Positions 36,825 to 47,438 of a stretch of 64,000 nucleotides of DNA are shown here, one piece after another; the stretch's first letter is position 1, and each line of letters starts with the position of its first letter. A program made the position numbers and the translations under genes. The notes under the pieces are model-generated. The model saw nothing but the letters and a program-made list of their open reading frames with translations. It searched no databases and had not been told where the DNA came from. Source of the DNA: Promethearchaeota archaeon (lineage in GTDB: Archaea; Asgardarchaeota; Lokiarchaeia; Sigyniarchaeales; SOKP01); the NCBI GenBank assembly GCA_048940645.1, contig JBHLOI010000010.1, positions 22,699 through 86,698 of the forward strand, given 5' to 3'.

Positions 36825-38090
36825 ATGAAGATACAGAAAGGATATTCAAAAAAAATTGCAGATAATTTAACGCTACGCATAGCTGTTGGTAACATAGATG
36901 AGTTGCAAAGATTTATTTCATTTAATGATGCTGTACATCAAGAAGAATCATTAGAAAAATATATTAATCGTTTATTTTTAGAGCATCCCGAGAGAGATGA
37001 AATTTATTGGATTTATATAGAAGAAAATAATTCTAAAAAATTAATTTCTTCTATTACACTGGCGCCCTTAGTATGGGACTTCGATAGAACCTCAATCCCA
37101 ATTTGTGAGATGGGTTTGGTAGGCACTTTAGCAGGATATAGAAATAAAGGATTGATGGGAATCTTAAATCAATTATATGAAAATATTATGGAACAAAAAG
37201 GATATTTGATTTCTGCAATTAGAGGAATACCATATTACTACCGAAGATTTGGATATGAATTTGCTTTAAATCTTGATGAACGGATAATATTAAATAAAAG
37301 TCAAATCCCATTAAAAGAAATTGAAGAAATTTCTTTTAGAAAAGCCACTAAACTAGATTTAAACTTCATTAAATCGATTTATAATAAGCAAAGTGAAAGA
37401 TTTTTTATTACCAATAAATTTAATCAAAATAATTTCTATTATAAGTTCATGAACATAGATTTTGATAACAATTTTTCAAGTACATATCTTATTGAGGTAA
37501 ACGGTAGATTAAAGTCTTTTTTTTCACTTGGTATGTCTTATGATAACGTTGGCTATTCACTTGTGGTTCCGGAAGTTAATGAGAAATGCATGTTCAAGAT
37601 TATACAATTCATTAATAACCTAAATAAAGAAAAGGATCAAATTGTTTTTCAAGTAAATTCCAATACTAAATTTTCTCAGTATATATTTTCAATAGGAGGA
37701 AAGAAAAGTTTAGGTTATGGATGGCAAATTAGAATCCCAAATATCAAAAAATTTTTACATGCGATTAGTCTAGTATTAGAACAAAGAATTGAAAGATCTT
37801 CTTATAAAGGATTAACTCAAGATGTAGTAATTAGTAATTATAAAGAAATTTTTACTTTAATTTTTAAAAACGGGAAAATTGAAGCTATTAAGGTAAAAAA
37901 GGGTTATCCCATCCCAGGAAGTTGTGATGTCCAGATACCGAACTCATTTCTAATAAAATTACTTCTTTCAGATAGATCCTTTGAAGAAATTAAATATATA
38001 GTCAGAGATTCAATGTTAAGATCAGGATCAGAAGAATTGATCAAAATTCTATTTCCAAAAAAACTTTCTATTCCTGATACATATTATTAA
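36825..38090 (+). CDS. GNAT acetyltransferase (Eis-like)
   Basis: VGTLAGYRNKGLM motif A, GIPYYYRRFGYE, SCP2-like C-terminus. Confidence 0.85.
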   Translation: MKIQKGYSKKIADNLTLRIAVGNIDELQRFISFNDAVHQEESLEKYINRLFLEHPERDEIYWIYIEENNSKKLISSITLAPLVWDFDRTSIPICEMGLVGTLAGYRNKGLMGILNQLYENIMEQKGYLISAIRGIPYYYRRFGYEFALNLDERIILNKSQIPLKEIEEISFRKATKLDLNFIKSIYNKQSERFFITNKFNQNNFYYKFMNIDFDNNFSSTYLIEVNGRLKSFFSLGMSYDNVGYSLVVPEVNEKCMFKIIQFINNLNKEKDQIVFQVNSNTKFSQYIFSIGGKKSLGYGWQIRIPNIKKFLHAISLVLEQRIERSSYKGLTQDVVISNYKEIFTLIFKNGKIEAIKVKKGYPIPGSCDVQIPNSFLIKLLLSDRSFEEIKYIVRDSMLRSGSEELIKILFPKKLSIPDTYY

Positions 38091-38118
38091 TTTTTATTTT
38101 AAAAAAAGGAAGAATCAA

Positions 38119-38385
38119 TTAAAATTTTAAATAATTTATTAATATGGCTGTTCTAGAATATTTTAATGCCTCTCTAGATTGACCAGATGTATTTAATGCA
38201 GTATTCCATTGATCTAATGCATCATTTATGGAATTTAATATTCCAATCGACTCATTTTCAGTAGTAATTTGCACTTCTCCTACAACAAAAATTCCATTAT
38301 CATCAATTATGAATGATTCATTCATAGTGCTCCCTGAATCAAAAGTTTTAGCAATAATATTCTTTACCATATTTTTACAATTCAT
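38119..38385 (-). CDS. Hypothetical protein, possibly a fragment
   Basis: 88-aa ORF with no recognised motif. Confidence 0.35.
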   Translation of the reverse strand: MNCKNMVKNIIAKTFDSGSTMNESFIIDDNGIFVVGEVQITTENESIGILNSINDALDQWNTALNTSGQSREALKYSRTAILINYLKF

Positions 38386-38553
38386 AATAATTAAATCTTA
38401 AGAGATATTACCATTTCTCTTTTGAAAGATATAAAAGATTCTTACAAATGACCATTGAAAATAAAAAATTTATAAAAGTATGTATCTTATTTGTTTTCTA
38501 GAATAATTATTCATATTTAACAAGAATTTAAAAAAAATCCCAGGTAAAAAGGA

Positions 38554-38862
38554 ATGAATGAATTAGAAAAGAATTATACTGTTTTTGAAATTAATGATGA
38601 ACTAGAAGATTTTCAACAATTAGATTTAGTTGAAGGACCATTATATAAGGTCTTAAAACCGGATTCTATATTTTTGTTCCTTGACCCAAACAACAAACAA
38701 ATTTGGCTCTGGCATGGACGTCATGCTGGAGTTAGAAAAAAGTTTATGGCGACTCAATCTGCCCCTAAAATTAGAGATAACTATGGAGTAGATTATAAAA
38801 TTACAGCTGTGGATGATGGTAATGAAGATTTGGCTTTTAAAGTGTTTTTAGGTTTGGATTAA
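38554..38862 (+). CDS. Single-domain gelsolin-like protein
   Basis: LKPDSIFLFLD...IWLWHG..A...K...A..IRD....I..VDDGNE..F matches the gelsolin-domain pattern. Confidence 0.8.
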   Translation: MNELEKNYTVFEINDELEDFQQLDLVEGPLYKVLKPDSIFLFLDPNNKQIWLWHGRHAGVRKKFMATQSAPKIRDNYGVDYKITAVDDGNEDLAFKVFLGLD

Positions 38863-39003
38863 ATAAATATTTTAGTAAATCTAAAATTTTAAGAAAAAAA
38901 CATGATATATCTGTAATAAAATAAAGACAATAACTTTTTCCAGTGAAATAAATCTACATCTAACATTGATTGATTAATAATCATGTTTATTATTTTTGCA
39001 TAA

Positions 39004-39029
39004 ATGTGATGAGAGTTCCATCATCACAT
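39004..39029. promoter_or_regulatory. Perfect 9-bp inverted repeat upstream of the 39092 gene
   Basis: ATGTGATGA-N8-TCATCACAT. Confidence 0.4.
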
Positions 39030-39091
39030 AAATTACAAATTATATTGAAATTTTTAAATGCATAGTTTTTATTTAGTTTAGGTGGTATAAG

Positions 39092-39358
39092 ATGCAAAAT
39101 AAAGATATTATTTTTGAATCAACAAAAAAAGCATTAGTCAATTTTGAAAACATAAAAGAATGTATTCAAGCTTTATATGAGATTTTTAAAATTGCTCTAC
39201 CTAATAATAATATTTACCATCAGATGGGTCAAGATAATATTGAAGCATTATATCAAAATTTTATTGAGCTTTTGGTTAATGAACTTGGTACAAAGGAATT
39301 TATGAAAAAAGTTAAAAGTGCTGAAATTGACTTAGAAATGCCACTTGAGAAATTCTAA
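39092..39358 (+). CDS. Hypothetical protein
   Basis: 88 aa, AGGTGG SD. Confidence 0.7.
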   Translation: MQNKDIIFESTKKALVNFENIKECIQALYEIFKIALPNNNIYHQMGQDNIEALYQNFIELLVNELGTKEFMKKVKSAEIDLEMPLEKF

Positions 39359-39363
39359 TTTTT

Positions 39364-39990
39364 TTACTTTAATATCTTTCCTGTTTCTAAAAACCATAAA
39401 TAGAGGTCTAATTCAGCTAAATTAAGATTGAGTTTGTCACCTAAATTCTTTAAGATATTTTCAATTTCCAAATATTTTCTTTTAGTAAGGGTTTTTGGCC
39501 TTTCAATTAATCCATGCGTAACCAATAAATCAATAATATGAAAGTCTATTATTGCATAATTAGGAAAACCAATATTTCTTAAGAAATGACTTGCTTCTTT
39601 ATAACCGATTCCTTTAATATTCCTTACAATCCATTCTCTTAAATTATTATTATTTAATTCAGATTCAATCTTATTTTTTAATTCAAGTTTAGATTTCCTA
39701 GCTTCTATAATAAATTTTGATCTAATATTAGGGAAGCGATAACCATATTCCTTAAATTTCTCCGTCAATTTCAATTCAGTCAAAGTATTAAATTTATCTC
39801 CAATTTTTTCATGAATTTCAATACATTTTTCAGCACCACAATTAGCAGTCATAATACAGAAACATAATTCCCTAAATATATCACTTCCACCCAGATTTTT
39901 AATCTTTGAAAATTCATTGATTCTGATATCAATTATCTCCGATATCTCAGAACCTTTAAGCGCCTCAATTGATTCTATTAGATCATTCAT
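39364..39990 (-). CDS. ogg: 8-oxoguanine DNA glycosylase/AP lyase (archaeal Ogg type)
   Basis: ELCFCIMTAN, GYRFPNIR, KGIGYKEASHFLRNIG, AIIDFHI, LDLYLW..ETGKILK. Confidence 0.93.
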   Translation of the reverse strand: MNDLIESIEALKGSEISEIIDIRINEFSKIKNLGGSDIFRELCFCIMTANCGAEKCIEIHEKIGDKFNTLTELKLTEKFKEYGYRFPNIRSKFIIEARKSKLELKNKIESELNNNNLREWIVRNIKGIGYKEASHFLRNIGFPNYAIIDFHIIDLLVTHGLIERPKTLTKRKYLEIENILKNLGDKLNLNLAELDLYLWFLETGKILK

Positions 39991-40264
39991 AAATATATAA
40001 GTATTATAATAGGTTCTTTAAAATATCAACTCTTTATATTAATAAGTAAACATTTTAACTCTTTTTCCCGTAAAATAATATCTAAATATTATATTAGATA
40101 ATTAGATAGGTCAAAAAATCCATCATTTGACTTTTGTCATATTCCAAAAAATATGTAAAATAGGCAAAGTTCGAAATATAAGCACAAAATACTGAATTTC
40201 TGAACTAATTTAAAAATTTTATCTAAGGTTATATAATAAAAAATAAAGATTTAAAGAAGTAAAT

Positions 40265-40582
40265 ATGCCTGCTGCTAACGACGAATTCGAATTAGAATAT
40301 TATACAAAAATTATCAATTTTTTTAAGAGCCAACCTTCCAACAAGGAATCTATCGAAATTTGGAAAAGCAAATCTTTTATTGAGTTAATGAAAGTATTAG
40401 AAAGAACAAAAAATAAAGAACTAGTTCAAAATGCTATAATCCTTATTATATCTTTATTTGAGCAATTACCTCCAGATTTGTATGCTAATAGAGGTATGAA
40501 TGTAAATTTAATTAAAAAAAAGGATAAAAAATCATATTTATCAGTCCTTAAGTCAGAATTCATTGATGAAATCCCTAACTAA
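40265..40582 (+). CDS. Hypothetical protein
   Basis: 105-aa ORF. Confidence 0.7.
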   Translation: MPAANDEFELEYYTKIINFFKSQPSNKESIEIWKSKSFIELMKVLERTKNKELVQNAIILIISLFEQLPPDLYANRGMNVNLIKKKDKKSYLSVLKSEFIDEIPN

Positions 40583-40739
40583 TGAAAACCTCAATTGATT
40601 TTTAAATTAATTAATAACTTATTTTAAATGGTTTATTAGTCTTTACAGATGGTCTTTTAATATCTATAAACATAGATTTATTAAAAAATTCTTTCATGTA
40701 TTTTTTATATTTATCTGCTTTAAATAACAGGGGTTTATT

Positions 40740-43700
40740 ATGTATAGACAATTTAAGAGAAAAAATTTTAATCAAGGCAGACTTTTTGGTAAAATTTCAT
40801 TATTAGGCTTAATAACACTGGGATTACTTTTATCAATTAATCCGAATATAAAGGTAAATAATAATAATAATTTAAATGCTTTAAATGAAATCTTTAGACT
40901 TGCGGATGATAATTTAAACTTGATTGAAGGAAAATTAAACCCTTTAAATATCACAGATTATGGGAATTTATACAATAAAAGTCAAAGCGTTTCACTAACC
41001 AATCAAGAAGAGATCAATTTAAATTATTATTTAGATGATAGCCATGGGTGGAAAGTATCAGAAATTAGTGGAAGTGTGAGCAATATCCAAGATACAAGGG
41101 ATTGGGTTACTGGAAAAGACTTTTATGAGCTTGATACGCCTTATAGAAAATATCAAGCATTTGCAAATATTGATCCTCCCGGATTTCCAGATCATAATTA
41201 TAGTGCAGATTTAGATCATGATCCAATAAATCCTTCAAATATTCATAGTACCATAAATGAACCTGGAGCCAGTGCCATTCGCCTACATTTCTCAAGAATT
41301 GAAATTGAAACCGATTGGGATTTACTATGTATCTATGATGGGGCTAATAATCTTCAATATACTTTTACTGGTGCCACTACTGATTATTATTCACCTTGGA
41401 TTACATCAGATATTTTAAAAATTACTATAAATTCAGATAGTTTAATAGAATGGTACGGGTATGATATTGATTTTTATGAATTTTATAATGAATCTACTAA
41501 TTATTATAATTATAAAAATTCATGGGGATATAATAACGGAACGAGCTCTAGAAATTTCGGACCTGGAGAGATTGCTAATAATTCGGCAATGTACGTAACA
41601 TTACTTGGAGAACCATATAGAGATACGGGTTATCCGATGAGTGCTACTTACTATAAGAACGATTTTTCTGAAATATACCAAAATTTAACGATACCCAGAG
41701 GTAGCGTTATAGATGGCTATATAAGTTTCGATTATTATGCAGAATCTGTTATGGATTCCAATGAAAACTTTATTTATTGTGAAATTAATAATAAAAAAAT
41801 ATATTCTAAAGGATTAGGAGATATAATAAATCATACATGGCTTCATTCTGGAAAGATATATTTAGATTTATGGATTAACACTTCAAATATTTTTGAAAAC
41901 ATCCAGAATAATCAAAATTTCAATATATCTGTAGGAATAAAAAGTGGAGCTTCAGTTACATATTCCGGATTTGATGATAGATTTCAACAAATTTTCTGGT
42001 TTGACAATATTTCATTAGTGCTTACAACTTTAGCAAACGCAAGTCAAAATGGGATTAATCTAAAATTGAATGGGCAAAATTTGACTGAAGGAAATGAATG
42101 GGGAATAGCCAGCACGATATTTAATGGAAATTGGGAGATGAATCCTGTAATTCTCACAGTAAATACATCCTCACCTAGTTTAACGTTTGATTTGGATACC
42201 ACTTTATATGGATATCATGAAGTAACTTCAAAAATTAATCAACAAAATGAAGAAGGGATTTCATATACAATCTTAAATAATGGAACGATATTTTGTGAAT
42301 TTTACCATAATTTCTATATGCCATCGTTTTATTCTGAATTTGAGTTTATTGTCGATAAACCTTCAAATTGGAAAATTATTTCTATTTTAGATCCAACTTT
42401 CTTGTTGATACCATTTGAAGGGGGTAATTATGGAGTTAATTACACTAAAGTAAATAAATCATATGCTAAATTTCCTGGTTGGTGGAAATTTAAAGCAATT
42501 TTACCAAATTATATACAAGATGAAAATACAGTACTTTCTAGAAATGGTCAACGGAACGTCATGGAATTTTATACTGGAGATTTTGGTAAGATAAAAACAC
42601 AAGTAAATTATTCTGACGATATACCAGCAGGTTTGGATCAAACCGTTGTAAATCTAACTATATATAATCCACAAGGAGATATTTGGTATGAAGAAGCAAA
42701 AGTGCCGGAATCTAATGGAACTGTAATATTTTCACAATTTAGTTTTTCATCACTAAACACAACAGGCGGTGTTTATAACTTTACACTTTTTTGGAATAAT
42801 GATACTTCATTAGGTGGATTAAAATCCTACTTTACAGTTATTCATGAGAGTTATATTACCCTTCTTAAACCAGATGATGCCAAAGAAGATTTAATAACAG
42901 GAGGATCGGTTGGTGATATAATCCCATTACGAGTATTTGTAAGAGATTTTGAAAATAATTTCACCTTATCTGATGCCATTGTAACATATAACTGGAGTTC
43001 GGGTCCTAGATATATGACTCAAGCGGCCTTGGGAATATACGAGGCCATTCTCGATACGGGAGATTTAGGGGTACTTGGATTATATACTATAGTTATTAAA
43101 ATGAATAAAACAGGGTATATGGGGACCAACTTAACATTAAATATTAATTTAGGGGCAGAAACGATCTTACAAAGATTAGATTCAGAATCTCATATTGTAC
43201 TCAATGCAAATAGCACAATTAGATTTTATTATTATACGGATTTTGATGAAGTAGGAATTCCTGGAGCATATGTAACTGTTAATATATCAAATCCAAATTA
43301 TTACGCTGTTCATGATCTTTCAGATGGCTATTATGAAATTGAATTTAGTACAGTTTTTATTGATATGCCGGGAACATATAGATTAGAATTTGGATTTTCT
43401 GCTCCAGGATATGAAGAACAAATCGAACTATATCAATTTAATATAATTAATCCCCCACCTGATAATAATGAAGCAAACATTCTATTTTTGGTAATTATAA
43501 TAGCTGCTACTGCTATTATAGGAGTGTTAGGAGCTTTAAGTCTAAGATCCTATGTAATTCTACCAAGAAAGAGAAGAAAAGAATCTGAATTACTCGCAAG
43601 AACTCAAAGATTTAAAGATCTTTCGAATATTGAAGCTATTGTTATAATTAATAGAATTAGTGGAATCCCCCTTTTCTCAAAGAGTTATTCAATTCTTGAG

Positions 43701-44294
43701 AAACATAAAAAGGAACTATTTTCTGGCTTCATTCAAGCAATAACAACTATAGGAGAAGAAATTGTAGGAAAAAACTCAAATTATGAAGAAGAAGAATCCA
43801 AATCCAAAATTCAATCGAAAGAGAGAATTTTAGAATTAGATTTTAAATATTTCTACTGCCTAGTATTCGATAAGGAAGATCTTCGGATCGTTTTTGTTCT
43901 TAAAGAAAAAGCATCACAGAGATTAAAAGAACAAATAAAGCATCTTTCACTGGGATTAACTTTACAATTGAGTGAACGTATTGAAAATTGGGATGGGTCA
44001 TTAGATCAATTTGAAGATTTAGTGCCACCAATTATCTGTGATTACATTGAACTATATTATAAAGAACCATTTGTAATTAATAAACCAGTACCAGTTGCAA
44101 AACTAAGAAAAGAAAGCGAGTTAAGCACTATGGAAACGAGAATTCTCAATGTTATCTATTCGATAGCAAAAAATAAGAGTGAATTTCAGTTAGATTTCAT
44201 TATTGATTCTGTTCATGAGCATAATAAAGAGAAAATTATTGATGCCCTAGAATCATTAATTCAAAAGAAAGTCATTATTCCTAAAACCAATTAA
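40740..44294 (+). CDS. Large receptor-like membrane protein: CUB-like and Ig-like ectodomain, TM, cytoplasmic longin-like and wHTH-like domains
   Basis: GASAIRLHFSRIEIETDWDLLCIYDG..FTG..SD..YG (CUB-like); TM ILFLVIIIAATAIIGVLGAL; IVIINRISGIPLFSKSY..LFSGFIQAITTIGEE (longin-like). Confidence 0.75.
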   Translation: MYRQFKRKNFNQGRLFGKISLLGLITLGLLLSINPNIKVNNNNNLNALNEIFRLADDNLNLIEGKLNPLNITDYGNLYNKSQSVSLTNQEEINLNYYLDDSHGWKVSEISGSVSNIQDTRDWVTGKDFYELDTPYRKYQAFANIDPPGFPDHNYSADLDHDPINPSNIHSTINEPGASAIRLHFSRIEIETDWDLLCIYDGANNLQYTFTGATTDYYSPWITSDILKITINSDSLIEWYGYDIDFYEFYNESTNYYNYKNSWGYNNGTSSRNFGPGEIANNSAMYVTLLGEPYRDTGYPMSATYYKNDFSEIYQNLTIPRGSVIDGYISFDYYAESVMDSNENFIYCEINNKKIYSKGLGDIINHTWLHSGKIYLDLWINTSNIFENIQNNQNFNISVGIKSGASVTYSGFDDRFQQIFWFDNISLVLTTLANASQNGINLKLNGQNLTEGNEWGIASTIFNGNWEMNPVILTVNTSSPSLTFDLDTTLYGYHEVTSKINQQNEEGISYTILNNGTIFCEFYHNFYMPSFYSEFEFIVDKPSNWKIISILDPTFLLIPFEGGNYGVNYTKVNKSYAKFPGWWKFKAILPNYIQDENTVLSRNGQRNVMEFYTGDFGKIKTQVNYSDDIPAGLDQTVVNLTIYNPQGDIWYEEAKVPESNGTVIFSQFSFSSLNTTGGVYNFTLFWNNDTSLGGLKSYFTVIHESYITLLKPDDAKEDLITGGSVGDIIPLRVFVRDFENNFTLSDAIVTYNWSSGPRYMTQAALGIYEAILDTGDLGVLGLYTIVIKMNKTGYMGTNLTLNINLGAETILQRLDSESHIVLNANSTIRFYYYTDFDEVGIPGAYVTVNISNPNYYAVHDLSDGYYEIEFSTVFIDMPGTYRLEFGFSAPGYEEQIELYQFNIINPPPDNNEANILFLVIIIAATAIIGVLGALSLRSYVILPRKRRKESELLARTQRFKDLSNIEAIVIINRISGIPLFSKSYSILEKHKKELFSGFIQAITTIGEEIVGKNSNYEEEESKSKIQSKERILELDFKYFYCLVFDKEDLRIVFVLKEKASQRLKEQIKHLSLGLTLQLSERIENWDGSLDQFEDLVPPIICDYIELYYKEPFVINKPVPVAKLRKESELSTMETRILNVIYSIAKNKSEFQLDFIIDSVHEHNKEKIIDALESLIQKKVIIPKTN

Positions 44295-44323
44295 ATTAAT
44301 TATTTACTTTTTATTTTTATATT

Positions 44324-44926
44324 TTGAATATGGTAAAATCACATGATTTTAGATTTGAATGTAATAGATGTGGGAATTGTTGTACAGATAGTAATACAAT
44401 AGTAAATATTACTTATATTGATATAATAAGGATTAAAAATGGATTATCTCTAACTCTTAATGAGTTAATTTATGTATTAGCATTTTATATATTTGAAAGG
44501 GAGCTGGATGAAAAAGATCGTAAAAAAATGGTTATATCTCCCGTAAAAACACAAAAAGGGTTTGCTTTTGTAGGTTTATTCAAGAAAAAGACTGGAGAAT
44601 GTTATTTTTATGATACTAAAAATAAATTATGTAAAATCTATAATTTACGTCCTACCTTTTGTCGAACCTTTCCCTTTTCATTTAAAAGAATAAATAAAAA
44701 TGAAATAGACATATTTTATAGTAAAAAAGGGGTTGAATACTGTCCCGGAATAGGCGGAGATTCTCGTCTTATTAATATTGAGAAGTACTTAAAATTAGGA
44801 AATGATGCCTTAAAGGATATCGATTTGAATGAAGATATAATTAATAGGTATAATATATTAGTTAATGGAAACAAAATACAACCTTCGGTGAAAAATTACT
44901 TAAATTTTGTTTTAAATAATATTTAA
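44324..44926 (+). CDS. YkgJ-family (CxxCxxCC) cysteine cluster protein
   Basis: FECNRCGNCC, CYFYD..CKIYNLRPTFCRTFPF, CPG. Confidence 0.9.
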   Translation: MNMVKSHDFRFECNRCGNCCTDSNTIVNITYIDIIRIKNGLSLTLNELIYVLAFYIFERELDEKDRKKMVISPVKTQKGFAFVGLFKKKTGECYFYDTKNKLCKIYNLRPTFCRTFPFSFKRINKNEIDIFYSKKGVEYCPGIGGDSRLINIEKYLKLGNDALKDIDLNEDIINRYNILVNGNKIQPSVKNYLNFVLNNI

Positions 44927-46548
44927 CCCTCTAAATAATCCGAAAATTGTAAAAAAGCTAATAAAGTCCAGAAAAGCATACGAAGTTCTACTTTAAACGC
45001 AAGTTTATTATTCGTCCAATTAAAATCTTTTTTAAAATCTACTTCTTCAAAGAAGTTGGAATAACTAATTATATTACTAAGTAAAGTTTTAATAGTTGCA
45101 AATTCATCCGTTCTTAATTCTAACAAATCATATATTAATAATGCTCTAGCAGTATCTGTTAAATTACTATTTATAAGTCCTGTTGGAGAAATTAACTTTT
45201 TAATTTCGGTATTATAAGGGTTTTTAAATATATTTAAATTAATATCTTTATCAATCATTTTCAAAAGCCCAATATGGTATAACATATCCACAGGAAAATT
45301 TTTGTCTTTTAATTTAATCAAATCTAATTCTATTAGTGGCTTAATTAAATTATTTTTATCTATAATTACTCCACCGTTTCTCTCCAAAATTTTTAAGGAT
45401 AATAAAGTAAAAAAGTTTAAAGATATTTTTTTTGGCAAAAAAGATTTTAATTCATTTTCTAAAAACATTTCAATATCTAAAGGATCTATTATTTCTGTTT
45501 GATCTATTAAGCCTAATTCAGACAATATAGATAAGCCAAAAAAGTTACTTCTTGGATTTGGTTTATGATACTTTCCTGTACTAAATACTTTTCCACTTCC
45601 AAAATTATCTAAGGCTTTTAATATTTCCTCTTGAGTAAAGGGTAATTGTTTTCCTAATATTTTTAATATACTTAAAAAGTAAAAGAGATTTTCTAAATCG
45701 AAAAAAGAGTAAAGCTTATCAGCAGAGTTGATAAGATCCGTAACATTAATGTTTAAATTAGCTATTAAAGTTTGATCTAATTGAGGAAAATTTCCAAAAT
45801 AATCAAGGAAACTAGTGTAAAGTTGAATAACTTCATTTGTGTTGTCAATTTGAACGTCATTATTTGTTATTATGCCTGATAATGGTAATTTACCAAGAAC
45901 TTCAATATTTTCTTTTTTTGCTTCTTCTAGTTGTTTTAATATGTCATCACTCGAATCTTCTTGTATTTTTCTGCTTAATTCCTCTAAATTTTCTTGGTTA
46001 ATTGAAAAGTTGGTTGCATCATAAAACTTATTAAGTTTTTCAATGATTTTTTTTAGGTATTCTATGTCTTCTAAGTAATTTTCGCTTTTCCTTTTAATTT
46101 TATTCACTTTCTTTAGAAAATTTTTTGGTAATAAATCAAACAAATCTAAATTTTTTATTTTTTTATCATCAAACCCAACTAGATATTCAAGAACGCTTTT
46201 AAAGATGTATTGATTAATATATGGCTTTAAACTTAATTCAAAGAAACTATTATAATCTGAATATCTTTTTCTTTGAATTTTAAAAAGTCCATTAAATATT
46301 TCAGCCTCAGTGATTAATTCTTGAAAAGGAATTCCAATCGTATTTAAAGCTGAATTAGTAGCAGAAATTATAGCATAAATGTTTTGTTCGACTAAATTAT
46401 TAGGTGAGTCAGACAATTTTTTACTAACATCTATCTTCTTATATGAATATAAATCTTTTATGTAGATGTAGCATTTATCATAACAGTCTAAAATTTCTGA
46501 TTTAAGCTGGTTTATTAATTCTGCTAATATTTTACTTATATTTTCCAT
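44923..46548 (-). CDS. Hypothetical helical protein
   Basis: 541-aa ORF with no confident motif. Confidence 0.75.
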   Translation of the reverse strand: MENISKILAELINQLKSEILDCYDKCYIYIKDLYSYKKIDVSKKLSDSPNNLVEQNIYAIISATNSALNTIGIPFQELITEAEIFNGLFKIQRKRYSDYNSFFELSLKPYINQYIFKSVLEYLVGFDDKKIKNLDLFDLLPKNFLKKVNKIKRKSENYLEDIEYLKKIIEKLNKFYDATNFSINQENLEELSRKIQEDSSDDILKQLEEAKKENIEVLGKLPLSGIITNNDVQIDNTNEVIQLYTSFLDYFGNFPQLDQTLIANLNINVTDLINSADKLYSFFDLENLFYFLSILKILGKQLPFTQEEILKALDNFGSGKVFSTGKYHKPNPRSNFFGLSILSELGLIDQTEIIDPLDIEMFLENELKSFLPKKISLNFFTLLSLKILERNGGVIIDKNNLIKPLIELDLIKLKDKNFPVDMLYHIGLLKMIDKDINLNIFKNPYNTEIKKLISPTGLINSNLTDTARALLIYDLLELRTDEFATIKTLLSNIISYSNFFEEVDFKKDFNWTNNKLAFKVELRMLFWTLLAFLQFSDYLEG

Positions 46549-46665
46549 TTTGCTCCTAAAAATAGTAAAATAAAATCTAATATCTGCTAATGAATTAAAA
46601 TTTTATAGACTTTATTTATTTTCTTAATCATAAAATATGTAAATTGTTTTAAAACTTCTTATAAG

Positions 46666-47418
46666 ATGGCTCTAAAAAATTCTATATATGATTTAATAGC
46701 AAAAGACTATCATTTAAAGAGAAAAAGACCGTGGAAAGATCTTGAAAGTTTCATATTATATCTAAAAAGCAAATATTATAAACTTTTTGGAAACACGATT
46801 GATTTGGGGTGCGCTAATGGAAGAAATTTTGAAATTCTTTCCACCTTTTCAGAAAAATTGATTGGAATTGATATTTCTAGTGAATTTTTAAGAATAGCTA
46901 ATTCGCAGTTAAAAAATCTAGAGTTAACTGTTAATACATTAAAATCTACCCCCCAATTAATTTTAAGTGATATTCGTTATTTACCAATTAGACCAAAATC
47001 ATTCCATAATGTTTTTTCAATAGCAACTATCCACCATGTTCACACTCATTTAGAAAGAAATAAAATTTTCTCTCAAATTTATAAGATTTTAAAGCCAGGT
47101 GGTTATTGTTGTATTACATTATGGAGAAAATTTCAAAAAAAATATAGATTTTATTTTATTAGAGATTTCATTAAAAGGGTATTTTCCAACCAATATAGAA
47201 TTAAGCAAAAGGAAAAAGGGTTAAATTCTTTTGGGGATAAACTAGTTTCTTGGAAAATTTCAACTGATAACAAAATCTATTATCGATTTTATCATTTTTT
47301 CTCTAAAAACGAAGTTAAAAAGATTCTAAAGGAATTTAAAATCAGAGAGTTTAAGAAGTTAGGAGGACCAAATAAGAAAGACAACTTTTTTGTTTTGGCT
47401 GAAAAAATTTATAAGTAA
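46666..47418 (+). CDS. Class I SAM methyltransferase, Trm9/ALKBH8-like
   Basis: DLGCANGR, SIATIHH...R..LKPGG...W, YRFYHFF. Confidence 0.8.
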   Translation: MALKNSIYDLIAKDYHLKRKRPWKDLESFILYLKSKYYKLFGNTIDLGCANGRNFEILSTFSEKLIGIDISSEFLRIANSQLKNLELTVNTLKSTPQLILSDIRYLPIRPKSFHNVFSIATIHHVHTHLERNKIFSQIYKILKPGGYCCITLWRKFQKKYRFYFIRDFIKRVFSNQYRIKQKEKGLNSFGDKLVSWKISTDNKIYYRFYHFFSKNEVKKILKEFKIREFKKLGGPNKKDNFFVLAEKIYK

Positions 47419-47438
47419 ATTCATGAATTCACGAATAA

